Of a stretch of DNA of 64,000 nt, positions 40,150 to 51,165 are shown one piece after another. Below the pieces are notes generated by a model that searched no databases, was not told where the DNA came from, and was given only the letters and a program-made list of their open reading frames with translations. The position numbers and the translations under genes are program-made. The DNA is from Phyllobates terribilis (taxonomy: Eukaryota), in NCBI RefSeq assembly GCF_046119375.1, contig NW_027362771.1, positions 262,260,001-262,324,000 of the forward strand, in the 5' to 3' direction. Positions within the stretch are counted from its first letter, which is position 1; every line of letters starts with the position of its first letter.

Positions 40150-40870
40150 TCATTCTGTGCTGTCAGATTCCAAGCCTAAAGCTTCAAACAGTGTCTACAT
40201 AACCATCAGAAGTTGTTTGCACGACATTGGACTGTGAGCCAGATGTCCAGATACAGGAGTTCCACATAGACCTTACACCACCGTTGTCAGAGCCTATCAT
40301 TGTGCAGAGCAAGATGACAATGGAAGCTGGAATTGAGTCTTTCGTTATCAGTGATGAGAACTGCTTTTGTCTTGGTTGCAGTGATAGACAAAGATTGGTC
40401 TGGAAACGCCATGAAGAGGCAGACCTTCATGAGTGAACATCTCAAAACGTCCTACCCCTGTGTTTATGGTGTAGGGCGGTATAATGTAAGGTATCACACT
40501 AATCGCTCAGCAAGACATTAATTGTTCATATAACAAGTGGTACGGTCATTTCTCCAAAGTGTCGCAGGAGTTGTTTTTCAACACAAAGCCAAGAATATGT
40601 TGCTTGTGTTACTATGAGCAGCCTATGTGGCCTGAACGTGTTACAATGTCCTGAAGCATTTTCAGACTCGTCTCCTATGAAGCACATCTAGGACATCATT
40701 GGTTGGCAATTCTACAGGAAGCTGCCAGCAGCGGATCTTCATGATCTGCATGTCCGAGTGCATTCACCATGACAGATCATACTTCAGATGACCATTAATA
40801 ACCTCATTGATATGGCACATGGCTTTCATACTCAATACTGAATAAATTGAGATGAGTTAAAAATGTTGTT
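40150..40870 (+). pseudogene. Old, degraded Tc1-like transposase relic
   Basis: SFVISDENCFCLGCSDRQRLVWKR resembles FSDESRFCL...RVWRR. TCTCCTATGAAGCACATCTAGGACATCATTGG (~40670) resembles the SPIEHIWDII motif. Confidence 0.55.
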
Positions 40871-40999
40871 TCCATTCTTTCATCATTTTCAAATTATTAA
40901 CATATTTGAATGTGTGTCTGTATGTGTATATGTATATATACATATATATTTTATAAAGCTGTATTTATCATTTATCCCGCATGTGTAGAGTGTTTGAAG

Positions 41000-41170
41000 A
41001 TGAGCAGCCTTGGAGAAGAAAATTGTGAAATAAGCGACTCTTCTGCAGATGAAGAAGAAGAAGATGATGATGTTCAGGAGAAGCCACTGCATGCATTACC
41101 TCCCACTAATGCTAAGGAGGAAAGCCCAAAGGATGTAACTGCAAGCCCTGCCTTCCAGTGTCTGGATGAG
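41000..41170 (+). CDS. CCDC146: CCDC146 first coding exon (exon 40989-41170; 57 codons, phase 0)
   Basis: atgtgtag|AGTGTTTGAAG-ATG...GAT GAG|gtaagg. MSSLGEENCEISDSSADEEEEDDDVQEKPLHALPPTNAKEESPKDVTASPAFQCLDE matches recalled human MEDSSTDTEKEEEEEKDEKDQEPIYAIVPTINIQDERFVDLSETPAFIFLHE. Synteny with FAM185A supports the call. The next exon was not found in the window. Confidence 0.85.
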
Positions 41171-41659
41171 GTAAGGAAAATATATCACCTAATTCAACCC
41201 CGGGCCAGGGTGTAAATATAGTACTTTGAGCCACAGGTTAAATGGTGGGACATGGACCCACACAAGGAAGTTGCTGAGATGCTTGGTCCACAGTGGTATG
41301 GCCAGGGTCTATAAAGTTATGTCATTCTGTAGAAAATACAGGTATATGATCACTCTGTGTATGATAATATGGCTATGAATAATACTGTCATACAGATAAC
41401 AAAGAAAAAATATCACCATACTTTGAGTGGACAACACCTAGTATACTAACGCCATTATATCAGTTCAGCAAGTATGAAGAATGTTTAATGAAAATTAGGG
41501 ATTTTAATGGGCTGACAACATACACATTTGAGAATAAAATCTACACTGGATATCAAATAATCTGAATACAGTATGAGGGCAAAAATATATCAAGGAGAAT
41601 GCTGCAAACAAGGCCAGAGCTTCTGTGAAACTTTCCATTTTTTTTTTGTATTCTTTTAA

Positions 41660-42111
41660 AGAAGCACTGCCATGAAACTTTTTTATTACCTAAACAGTTG
41701 TGTAAAAGTCCAGTATATGTAACGTAGTGTAAGTGCGGTAATATACTCACCGATCGCCTTCTTTCCTGGTTCCTGCATCGCTCGGATCCTCTTCTCACTC
41801 ACGTGACTTCTATTCTGATGCAGATAACGCTGGGGTCTATGTGCGAGCCAGAAGTGACTTCTAGAATATAAATCTACGGTGCATCAGAGCAAAGCATCAT
41901 AGGCTTACATTGTAAAATCCACTTCTGGCTCACTCATAGACCCCAGCGTTATCTGGGACATCAGAATAGAAGTCACGTGAGTGAGAATAGGATCCGAGCG
42001 ATGCAGGAACCAGGAAAGAAGGTGATCAGTGAGTATATTACCGCACTTATACTAAATTACATATACTTTTACACAGGTTTAGAAAATAAAAAGTTTTATG
42101 GGAGTGCTTCT
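41660..42111. mobile_element. T2/Kolobok-type foldback MITE
   Basis: TTAA TSDs at 41656-59 and 42112-15. Termini AGAAGCACT / AGTGCTTCT, with long inverted arms. Confidence 0.85.
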
Positions 42112-42220
42112 TTAAAAACCTTAATATACAGTATACTTGCTATAAAATGCTAAAACAGCTGCAGGATTGCCCAGAAAACTTTATACTGATGAAACCATTG
42201 CTTGAGCACAATATAGTCTA

Positions 42221-42380
42221 TTGTAGACTGTGAGCCCTCGCGGGCAGGGTCCTCGCTCCTCCTGTACCAGTCGCCGTCACGTTTTTTCCAAGATTATTGT
42301 AATTGTTTTTGCTATGTATACCCCTTTCTCACATGTAAAGCGCCATGGAATAAATGGCGCTATAATAATAAATAATAATA
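42221..42380 (+). mobile_element. L2-type LINE/SINE 3' tail
   Basis: TTGTAGACTGTGAGCCCTCGCGGGCAGGG...TGTAAAGCGCCATGGAATAAATGGCGCTATAATAATAAATAATAATA; a similar tail is on the SINE at 8407. Confidence 0.7.
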
Positions 42381-42482
42381 TAGTATATGACAGAAAAGTG
42401 CTTAGCATTGTGGTGAAGCATATACTCTCATGTCATTTTCTTTCTGTCCACTTGGTGGCAGTAGCAAGTAAACATATCATTA

Positions 42483-42968
42483 TAAGGAACCTGCCATCAG
42501 TTTTCTGAACAGATACCACCATCTTTATCTATGCCTGTGCTGAATTCCACAAAGTTGTATATTCTCTCCTGACTCCCCCTGTATTCCACAAATATTTTGT
42601 GAATTGCTGCCTGTCAGGCGCACTGTACTCTGCCCTAGTGCGAGCATGCGCAGTTGTGTTTTATGCTCTGCCCGCAGTAGGGTAGAGCAGAGTGCTCCTG
42701 CTCAGGTGTGAGATTTCGTTGGCTATGTGGATGACTCTGGAAACGTCATCCACATCAGTCAGAGCCAGAGGATGGAGATTAGCAGCAGAGAGGAGGGAAA
42801 AATGCCGCAGCCATGACACCTATTATACCATCCGGGTTTACATAAAGTATTTTGGGGCATACAGGCGGAGTGAGGAGATAATATACAAGTTTGTGGAATG
42901 CAGCACATGCGCTGATAAAGATGGTGACATTTGTTCAGAAGCTAAAAAAAACTGTTGACAGGTTCTCT
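42483..42968. mobile_element. T2-type MITE
   Basis: AAGGAACCTGCCATCAGTTTT / AAAACTGTTGACAGGTTCTCTT|TAA. Confidence 0.6.
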
Positions 42969-44016
42969 TTAATTGATACTTTGCATATTGTACTTTGCTT
43001 TTGTTAATGTGTCCAAAACTTAAAGAAGCACTCTTCCCATCAAAGTTTGTATCCTCTTAATATATTGCAATCATATTGCACTGTGTACTTACAATTGCTC
43101 ATTTTGCCCTTCTACCCAGATAATTCTTCTTTTCTCTGTTCTATGTAAAAACAGGCAGTCTCTTGCCCCTTCATTTATCATCCCCCTCTTCAACTCCTGA
43201 CCCAGCTGCTCCTTCCCCTGCCAGGGACTTTGCAGTGACTCATGACTCATGCAGGGAAAATTGACCTCCTGTTTCTACACAGAGCTTGGAAGGTGTAGCG
43301 CCGGCGTTTCTGCCTCCTGCCGGGCAGAGACGCCATTCCCCTCACCGCCACGGTCCTTGTCCGGCGTCCTCCAGCTCCCCTGCTGCTGTTGCGCGCACAG
43401 TGCGTAGCTTCCCTTGCACTGTGCTTAGGGCGCGCGCGCTCCCTTCCTCTTAAAGGGGCCCCGCGTGCCGTCCTAAAGAGTCCCCGGCGACCACTCCTAT
43501 TTAAAGCACCTCCTCCGAAATGGAGGTGCCTGTGCAAGGTTGTTGTTTGTGTGCTAATACTCTCCTCAGCCCTCAGGTTCCAGTGCCCGCCAGTCTGTCC
43601 GTCAGCCGTGCCCGCCAGCCTGTCTACCTGCCATGCCCGCCGGCTTGCCTACCCGGATCACCTGTCTGGTTACCTGCTGTGCCCGCCTTCTTGTCTTCCC
43701 GGATCACCTGTCTGGCTACCTGCCGTGCCCGCCTACTTGCCTACCCGGATCACCCATCAGGCTACCTGCCGTGCTCATCCGAAGTACCTGTCAGCCGCAG
43801 CCACCTGACCCGTGGTAGTCGCCCGCTCTCACACAAGGTCGGTCCCATAGTGGCACCTGGTTCACCTGCCCGGTCCCTCCTTGGTTCACGGAGTCGACTA
43901 AGCCGCCATGTGGCCAGGGTCGGTCCATGTTGGCACTTAGTTACGCCCCTCTGGTCCCTCCTTGCATCCCAGCACAGAGGTTCCACCACCCGGACCCGTA
44001 ACAGTTTGCACGGGCC

Positions 44017-44966
44017 ATGGAATCCGGTGGCTCCCAGGCTCCTTCACTCTCGGACCTGTACCAAGAGGTCTCTCGCCAGAGAGCCCAACAAGATACTATC
44101 CTGTCCTACCTGCGGACAGTCAACTCCCGCCTGGACGTGCTGTCCACCCCGACTGTGTCCGCCTCAAACCGAGTGGCACCCGCTTCGGCGGCACCTCAAC
44201 CCAGTGGCGCTGTGGCATCCGGCTTTGGACCCGGCTATCTGCTCCTCCACGTTATGGTGGTGACCCCGCCCTATGTAGGGGCTTCATAAATCAGTGCACG
44301 CTGCACTTTGAACTCCTGCACACTAGTTCACCTCCGACCAGGCCAAGGTGGCATTCATCATGTCTCACCTCACCGGAGAGGCGTTGGCGTGGCTTAACCC
44401 TCTGTGGGAGAGAGGAAATCCTCTGGTGTCCGATCTCCAGGCTTTCGTCGCGGCTTTCCGGAAGGTGTTCGATGAGTCTGGACGAAAATCTTCTACTGCC
44501 TTCTCACTTCTCCGACTCTGCGAAGGGAGTCTCTCTGTAGGTCAGTATGCCGTGCGTTTCCGAAACCTCGCATCTGAACTTGCCTGGAACAATGAGGCCT
44601 TGGTGTCCACCTTCTGGTAGGGCCTTTCCGGACGGATCAAGGATGAGCTAGCTGGTCGTGACTTACCTTCCACCCTGGACGACCTGGTGTCATTAGCTAC
44701 CCGGATTGACATCCGTTTTCTGGAACGCGCTAAGGAGATGACCCGTGAGAGGAGACCTTTGCACCTTGCTCCCGTCTTCCAAAGTCCAGTCTCGCAACCT
44801 GCACTACCCTCGGGTGTCTTCTCCAGAGCCTATGCAAATTGACCAAGTAAAGATGGTCAAGTCTCACCAGAAGACCCGTCGTGCTGAGGGGAGATGCTTC
44901 TATTGTGGCAATATAGAGCATCAGATCCGCTCTTGCCCGGTGAGACAGGGAAACTCCAGTGTCTAG
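44017..44966 (+). pseudogene. Gag (RTL/PEG10-like capsid plus CCHC knuckle), frameshifted, internal TAG
   Basis: [66 protein letters not shown]. Confidence 0.9.
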
Positions 44967-47900
44967 GAATGCTCGGAGAGGTCGTCCTAGGCAAGAGTTC
45001 TTCCTCTCCGCCCTTGATTCTGTCCGTTTCCGTTACCAGTGGTGAGACCCGCTTCTTCGAGACTGCCCATCTGGATTCCGGAGCCGCTGGGAATCTCATC
45101 CAACAGACCATTGTGGAGCATTTTCAGATTCCTACCATACGTCTGGCGGATCCTTTAGCGGTTTCCTCTGTGGATGGAAAGCTTCTCCCTGAAACCATCT
45201 TGTTGGTCACTGAGCCGGTAACTCTTCAGGTGGGAATGCTGCACTCGAAGAAGATCTCCTTTTACGTACTGTCCGGTCTCTCTCATCCCCTTTTGCTTGG
45301 CCTGCCTTGGTTACAGAGACATGAGCCCGTACTGAATTGGAGCTCGGGTGAGGTGCTCCGTTGGGTCAGGAATGCCATAAGACCTGTCTGGTTCCGGTTC
45401 ATCCTGCTCGTCCCCCTGTCTACTCCGGATAACCTACCTGGCCTGCCAGCACCCTACTGGTCCTACGCGGATGTTTTCGATAAAAAGGAGGCAGAGACAC
45501 TACCACCTCATAGGCTGTATGATTGCCCCATCGACCTAATACCTGGTGCTTCACCTCCTCGCGGGCGAATCTACCCCTTGTCGCTGGCCGAGACCCGTGC
45601 CATGTCTGAATTCATTGAAGAAAATCTTGCTAGGGGATTTATCCAGAAATTCACCTCTCCGGCTGGAGCAGGATTCTTCTTTGTCAAAAAAATAGACTGC
45701 TCTCTTCGCCCTTGTATCGACTATAGGGGCCTAAACCAGTACCCCCTGCCTCTCATCTCGGAGCTGTTTGATCGCTTAAAAGGCGCAAGGATCTTCACTT
45801 AGCTCGACCTGCGTGGGGTGTACAGTCTGATCCGGATTCGCCAAGGCGACGAGTGGAAGACGGCATTCAACACTCGGGATGGTCACTACGAGTACCGCGT
45901 GATGCCCTTCGGTCTCTGTAATGCTCCAGCCGTCTTCCAGGAGTTAGTAAACTATATCTTTTGAGATCTCCTGTATTCCTGTGTGGTGGTGTACCTGGAC
46001 GATATCTTGGTGTTCTCCCCTGATCTGCCCTCTCACCGGAGGGATGTTCGTCAGGTCCTGCTGAGGCTCCGGAAGAATCGCCTGCATGCTAAGTTTGAGA
46101 AATGCCTCTTTGAGCAGACCTCCTTGCCGTTTCTGGGGTATATCATCTCTGAGACCGGACTGCGGATGGATCCCGAGAAGGTGTCTTCCGTCTTAAAGTG
46201 GCCCCGACCGGAGGGGTTGAAGGCTATTCAGCGGTTTCTGGGATTCGCTAACTATTACCGCCTCTTTATTCCTCATTTCTCCTCCCGGACAGCTCCCATC
46301 TCTGCTCCTACCCGTAAGGGAGCAAATCCCAGGGACTGGTCTTCCAAGGCAGAGAATGCCTCTATCTCTCTTTAAACAAGCCTTCTCCTCCACTCCTGTG
46401 CTACACCGCCCGGATGGCAATAAACAGTTCTTCCTGGAGGTTGATGCCTCTTACTCCGGAGCCGGAGCGATGCTTACCCAGAAATCTTCGTCCGGACGAA
46501 TGGTGACCTGCGGCTTCTTTTCCAAACTCTTCTCTCCGTCCGAGCACAATTACTCCATAGGAGATCGAGAACTGCTGGCCATCAAATTAGCGCTGGAGGA
46601 GTGGCGCTACTTTCTTGAGGGGGCTCTGCACCCGGTGGTCATCTACATTGACCATAAAAACCTCGCTTATTTGCAGACCGCCCAAAGACTAAACCTGCGT
46701 CAGGCCAGAGGTCTTTGTTCTTTGCTCGATTCTGCTTCAATCTGCATTACCGTCCGGCAGACAAGAACATTAAAGCCGACGTTCTATCGCGCTCTTTTCT
46801 TTCTTCCGACCTGGAGGAGGATCCTCTACACATCATTGATCCCTCCAGAATTATGACTGTTGCTCCATTTGACCTGTGTCATCTACCCCCTGGTAAGACC
46901 TTTGTAGCGGCTCAGGATCGGAAGAAGGTCTTACTATGGGGCCATTCGTCCAAACTGGCTGGCCATGCCGGCCAGAAGAAGACACTTCTGCTCATTGCCC
47001 GGCACTATTGGTGGCCCACCCTGCGCAAGGATGTTGTGGATTTTGTCGCGGCTTGTTCCTCTTGTGCCCGTAACAAGATACCTAGCTGGTCGCCTCCTTC
47101 CTCTTCCCATGCCTTCCGCTCCTTGGCAACATATTGCAATGGATTTCATCACGGATCTTCCTGTATCGGCCGGTTGTACTGTCATTTGGGTGGTCGCCGA
47201 CCACTTCTCCAAGATGGCTCACTTCATCCCTCTGCCTGGTCTTCCGTCTGCACCTGTGCTGGCTAAGGACTTCATCCATCACATCTTCCGTCTCTACGGC
47301 TTACCCCTCCACGTTGTCTCGGACCGAGGAGTTCAGTTCACTTCTCGCTTTTGGAGAGCCACGTGTAAGCTGCTGGATGTCTCTTTGGATTTTTCTTCGG
47401 TCTATCATCCTCAGTCCAATGGTCAAGTGGAACATATCAATCAGATCATTACCAGTTTTCTTCGGCACTTTGTCAACGTTCACCATTGCGATTGGGTTGA
47501 GCTCCTGCCCTGGGCCGAGTTTTCCTATAACAACCATGTGAGTGAGTCCGCTGGATTCCGTTTCCCGTCTCCTCTTCAGTGGACAATCCTGCCGCGGAGT
47601 CTCTCGTCTGTGAATTTTCTGCGATTTGGGAAGACACTAGATCTACTCTCCTTCAGTCCTCCGAACGGATGAAGAAGCATGCTGATAAGAGACGTCTGGA
47701 CCCGCCTCAATTCCGTCCGGGAGACAAGGTCTGGCTTTCCTCCAAATATGTCCGCCTCAATATACCATCTTACAAGTTGGGTCCGCTTTTCATCGGTCCA
47801 TTCGAGATTCTGAACCAAATAAATCCAGTGGCTTACAAGCTGAAACTCCCGGCCTCCTTACAGATCCCCAACTTCTTTCACGTGTCTCTCCTCAAACCGG

Positions 47901-48135
47901 TTGTCCTTAATTCTTTCTCTGACGATCCAGGTACCACTCCAGCTCCAGTCTCCGCTGAGGACGTCTTTGAGGTAGATAACATTTTGGCCATCAAGAGGGT
48001 AAGAGGAAAGACTTTCTTTCTTGTGTATTGGTAGGGCTTTGGTCCTGAGGAGAGATCTTGGGAGCCCAGGGAGAACATTCATGCCCCTCGTCTTCTAGAA
48101 AAATTTCTTGCGGGCCTAAAGAAGAGGGAGCATAA
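44948..48135 (+). pseudogene. Pol (PR-RT-RNaseH-IN-chromodomain) with several stops and frameshifts
   Basis: LDSGA (protease), VYLDD (RT), LEVDAS...DRELLAIK...DHKNL (RNase H), H-x6-H...CSSC plus MDFITDLP/DRGVQF/NGQVE (integrase), FEVDNILAIKRVRGKTFFLVYW*GFGPEERSWEP (chromodomain). Confidence 0.93.
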
Positions 48136-49723
48136 AGGGTGGGGGGGGTACTGTAGCGCCCACGTCTCTGCCTCCTGCCGGGCAGAGACGCCGTTCCCCT
48201 CACCGCCGCAGTCCTGGTCCAGCGTCCTCCAGCTTCCCTGCTGTTGTTTCTCACACCGCGCGCAGCTTCCCGGGCTCTGTGCTTAGGGCGCGTGCGCGCT
48301 CCTTCCCTCTTAAAGGGGCCGCGCGCGCCGTCCTAAAGAGTCCCCGTCCAATGGCCAGAGGACCACTCCTATTTAAAGCATCTCCTCCAAAATGGAGGTG
48401 CCTGTGCAAGGTCTTTGTTTGTGTGCTAATACTCTCCTCAGCCCTCAGGTTCCAGTGCCCGTCAGTCTGTCTGTCAGCCGTGCCCGCCTGCCTGTCTATG
48501 AGCTGTGCCCGCCAGCCTGTCTACCTGCCGTGCCCGCCGGCTTGCCTACCCGGATCATCTGTCTGGTCACCTGCTGTGCCCGCCTGCTTGTCTGCCCGGA
48601 TCACCTGTCTGGCTACCTGCCGTGCCCGCCTACTTGCCTACCCGGATCACCCGTCAGGCTGCCTGCCGTGCTCATCCGCTGTACCTGTCGGCCGCAGCCA
48701 CCTGACCCGTGGGAGTTGCCCGCTCTCACACAAGGTCGGTCCCAGAGTGGCACCTGGTTCACCTGCCCGGTCCCTCCTTGGTTCACGGAGTCGACTAAGC
48801 CGCCATGTGGCCAGGGTCGGTCCAAGTTGGCACTTAGTTACACCCCTCTGTTCCCTCCTTGCATCCCAGCACAGAGGTTCCACCACCCGGACCCTTAACA
48901 GAAGGATTCAGCTAGTCAGCTTTTAATCACATGATGTCACAGACATAATGGAGAAGAGAAGAATTATCTGGGTAGAAAGGCAAAATGAGCAATTGTAAGT
49001 ACACAGTGCTATATAATATGATGGCTGCAATATATTAAGAGATGATAAAAATGTTGATGGGAGTGCTTCTTTAACCTGTTAACAGCTGGGAGATCTGTAT
49101 GTGAAATAAATTCTTGGATGCAGGATAAAACTAAGAATAACGCTAAAAATAAAATAATACCATACTGATTTATAATCTTTCTGTTTTGCTCACACTGGTA
49201 TCATAGATCCCATTAATAAAGGAGCCATTATGAATTCCTTTCGCAGCAGAACCTGGCAGATCCCATTGCCTTATTATGGGTCATTTAGGTCAAAAGGGTA
49301 ACCTGACAGATAATAAGTGTGAGCAGAGCCACAGCTATCTGAATGGTTGCTAAAGACCCACATAATATACTTGATGTTTATAGAGTTGGTTTGAGTTGAT
49401 TCGCAGGGCCTGGTTCATTGGTCACGTCATTAATTTGTTGCCATTTGATGGGAGGCCTGAGAACCACCTTTCATCTCCCTGCATCCTCAGCTCTTTTTGC
49501 CGGCCTTGATTCTGTATAATTGAAACTGTATATTTTGGGTGCTTGTTTAAATTTTCATAAACATATAATATTTTTATTTGGATTTTAAAGCAGATTTTAT
49601 TACAAAATCCACATAGAAAATGCTTCAAATCTTTTTTGAATAAGGTTCCTATTAACTTGAAAAACCACAATAGTGTTTATACTGCACGTTTTTTTCCAAC
49701 ATGGGTTTAAAATATACTCGGAC

Positions 49724-50049
49724 CAGGGTAGCCGACTTGACTTTTTTATTTTTTTCTGGACAGCTTGTTAAAAAATCACGGACAGACAATATATGTTTTA
49801 TGGATGCATTGGAAAACCATATTAAATCATTATGACATTATGATTATAAGTGATACATGCCTACAGCCCATAATTCTGATATGGAGACATCAGCTGCATT
49901 CACTGATAAATGATAATTACAGTCAAGATAATTTGTATAAGTTTCTTCAGCTTCAAAAAAAAATCACGCACGCCTTTTTTACGGATGAGGTAAAAAAGTC
50001 CCCTATTTTTACAGACTGTCCTGAAATTTTGGGACAGCTGACAACCCTG
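49724..50049. mobile_element. hAT-type MITE (sister copy at 61198-61512)
   Basis: TIRs CAGGGTAGCCGAC / GACAACCCTG. TSD ACTCGGAC / ACTTGGTC (6 of 8). Interior matches the 61198 copy. Confidence 0.75.
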
Positions 50050-50629
50050 ACTTGGTCAGAATGTGAAGCGTGCAGCCAGGGTCAGGACAAGGTATTTTTG
50101 TGCTCTAGGTAGATGAAGCCAATGGTGCCCCCCTTCACATGATGAACCCTTAGCCTCCAAAAAAAGGAATGGATCAGAGACTAAAGTAAAAGGAACCCTA
50201 ATGCATCCCCCTCCCCCTCCGATGGGCCAGGTAACAAACTCTGACAACCACTCCCACTACAGTTGTTACCTTTTTCACCAAATAATACCATCAAAAGTAA
50301 AAAAAAAAGTGAAGTACTTTAGGGATGAGGCTCAACAGGGGGCATGTTTTCAAAGTTAGATATAGAATTATTCATTATTTGGGAACCATTTACACAATAC
50401 CAGGGACAAATAGTGATTTTCATCCCTGACATCCCTACATTTTATATGTCCAACACAAGGGCAGTTATGGAAACTAATGTAACTTAATTACAATGGTAGC
50501 CAATTGGTTTCAATGAAGGTGTCCAGCCTTTGTGTGGATACCCGTATGGAAACTAAACAGACCCCATTATGGGTAAAGGGATACTTATGATGGTTTTTAT
50601 GTCCGTCATATGACAAATACAGTTTGCAA

Positions 50630-51165
50630 CAATACTGATGGTGGTTCTGGTGCCGTATTCCTGTATTGATGGTGGTTTCTGGGGCCATATTCATGTACTG
50701 ATGGTGGTTCTTGTGTCATTTATTCATGTTGTGATGGTTGTTCGGGTGCTGTATTCATATACTACAGATGGCTCTGGTGATGTATTCATGTAGTGATGAT
50801 GGTTATGGTTCTCTGTTCATCACCAGAAACATCATCAGTACATGAATATGAAACCAAAATCATCATCAGTACATAAATAAAACACCAGAACCATCAATAG
50901 TACCTTAATACAGCACCAGAAATATAATCAGTAAATAGGTCACTAGAACCACCCTCAGTACATGAATATGGCACCAGAACCACCATCAGTACATGAATAC
51001 AATACCAGAACCACTATAAGTACATTAATGAGTCACCAGAACCTTAATCATTACATGAATACATCACAAGAACCACCATCAGTAAATAAATACCAAACCA
51101 GTGCCATCATCAGTACATGTATACGTGACCAGAACCACCATCACTACATGAATACGTCACCAAGA
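50630..51165. repeat. Degenerate ~31-bp minisatellite in two oppositely oriented arrays
   Basis: Left array (TACTGATGGTGGTTCTGGTG..TATTCATG) is the reverse complement of the right array (CATGAATATGGCACCAGAACCACCATCAGTA); the switch is near 50810. Confidence 0.7.

Larger units (their letters stand above)
43294..48900 (+). mobile_element. Full-length Ty3/Gypsy chromovirus (sushi/Tf1-like) LTR retrotransposon, defective
   Basis: LTRs 43294-44003 (710 bp) and 48152-48900 (749 bp), TG...CA. 5-bp TSD GAAGG at 43289-93 and 48901-05. Polypurine tract AAGGGTGGGGGGGG before the 3' LTR. Confidence 0.97.
43024..49070. mobile_element. T2-type MITE split by the LTR retrotransposon
   Basis: TTAA at 43020-23 and 49071-74. 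Termini AGAAGCACTC / GAGTGCTTCT. Arms TGTACTTACAATTGCTCATTTTGCC...ACCCAGATAATTCTTC are mirrored at 48955-49005. Confidence 0.85.
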
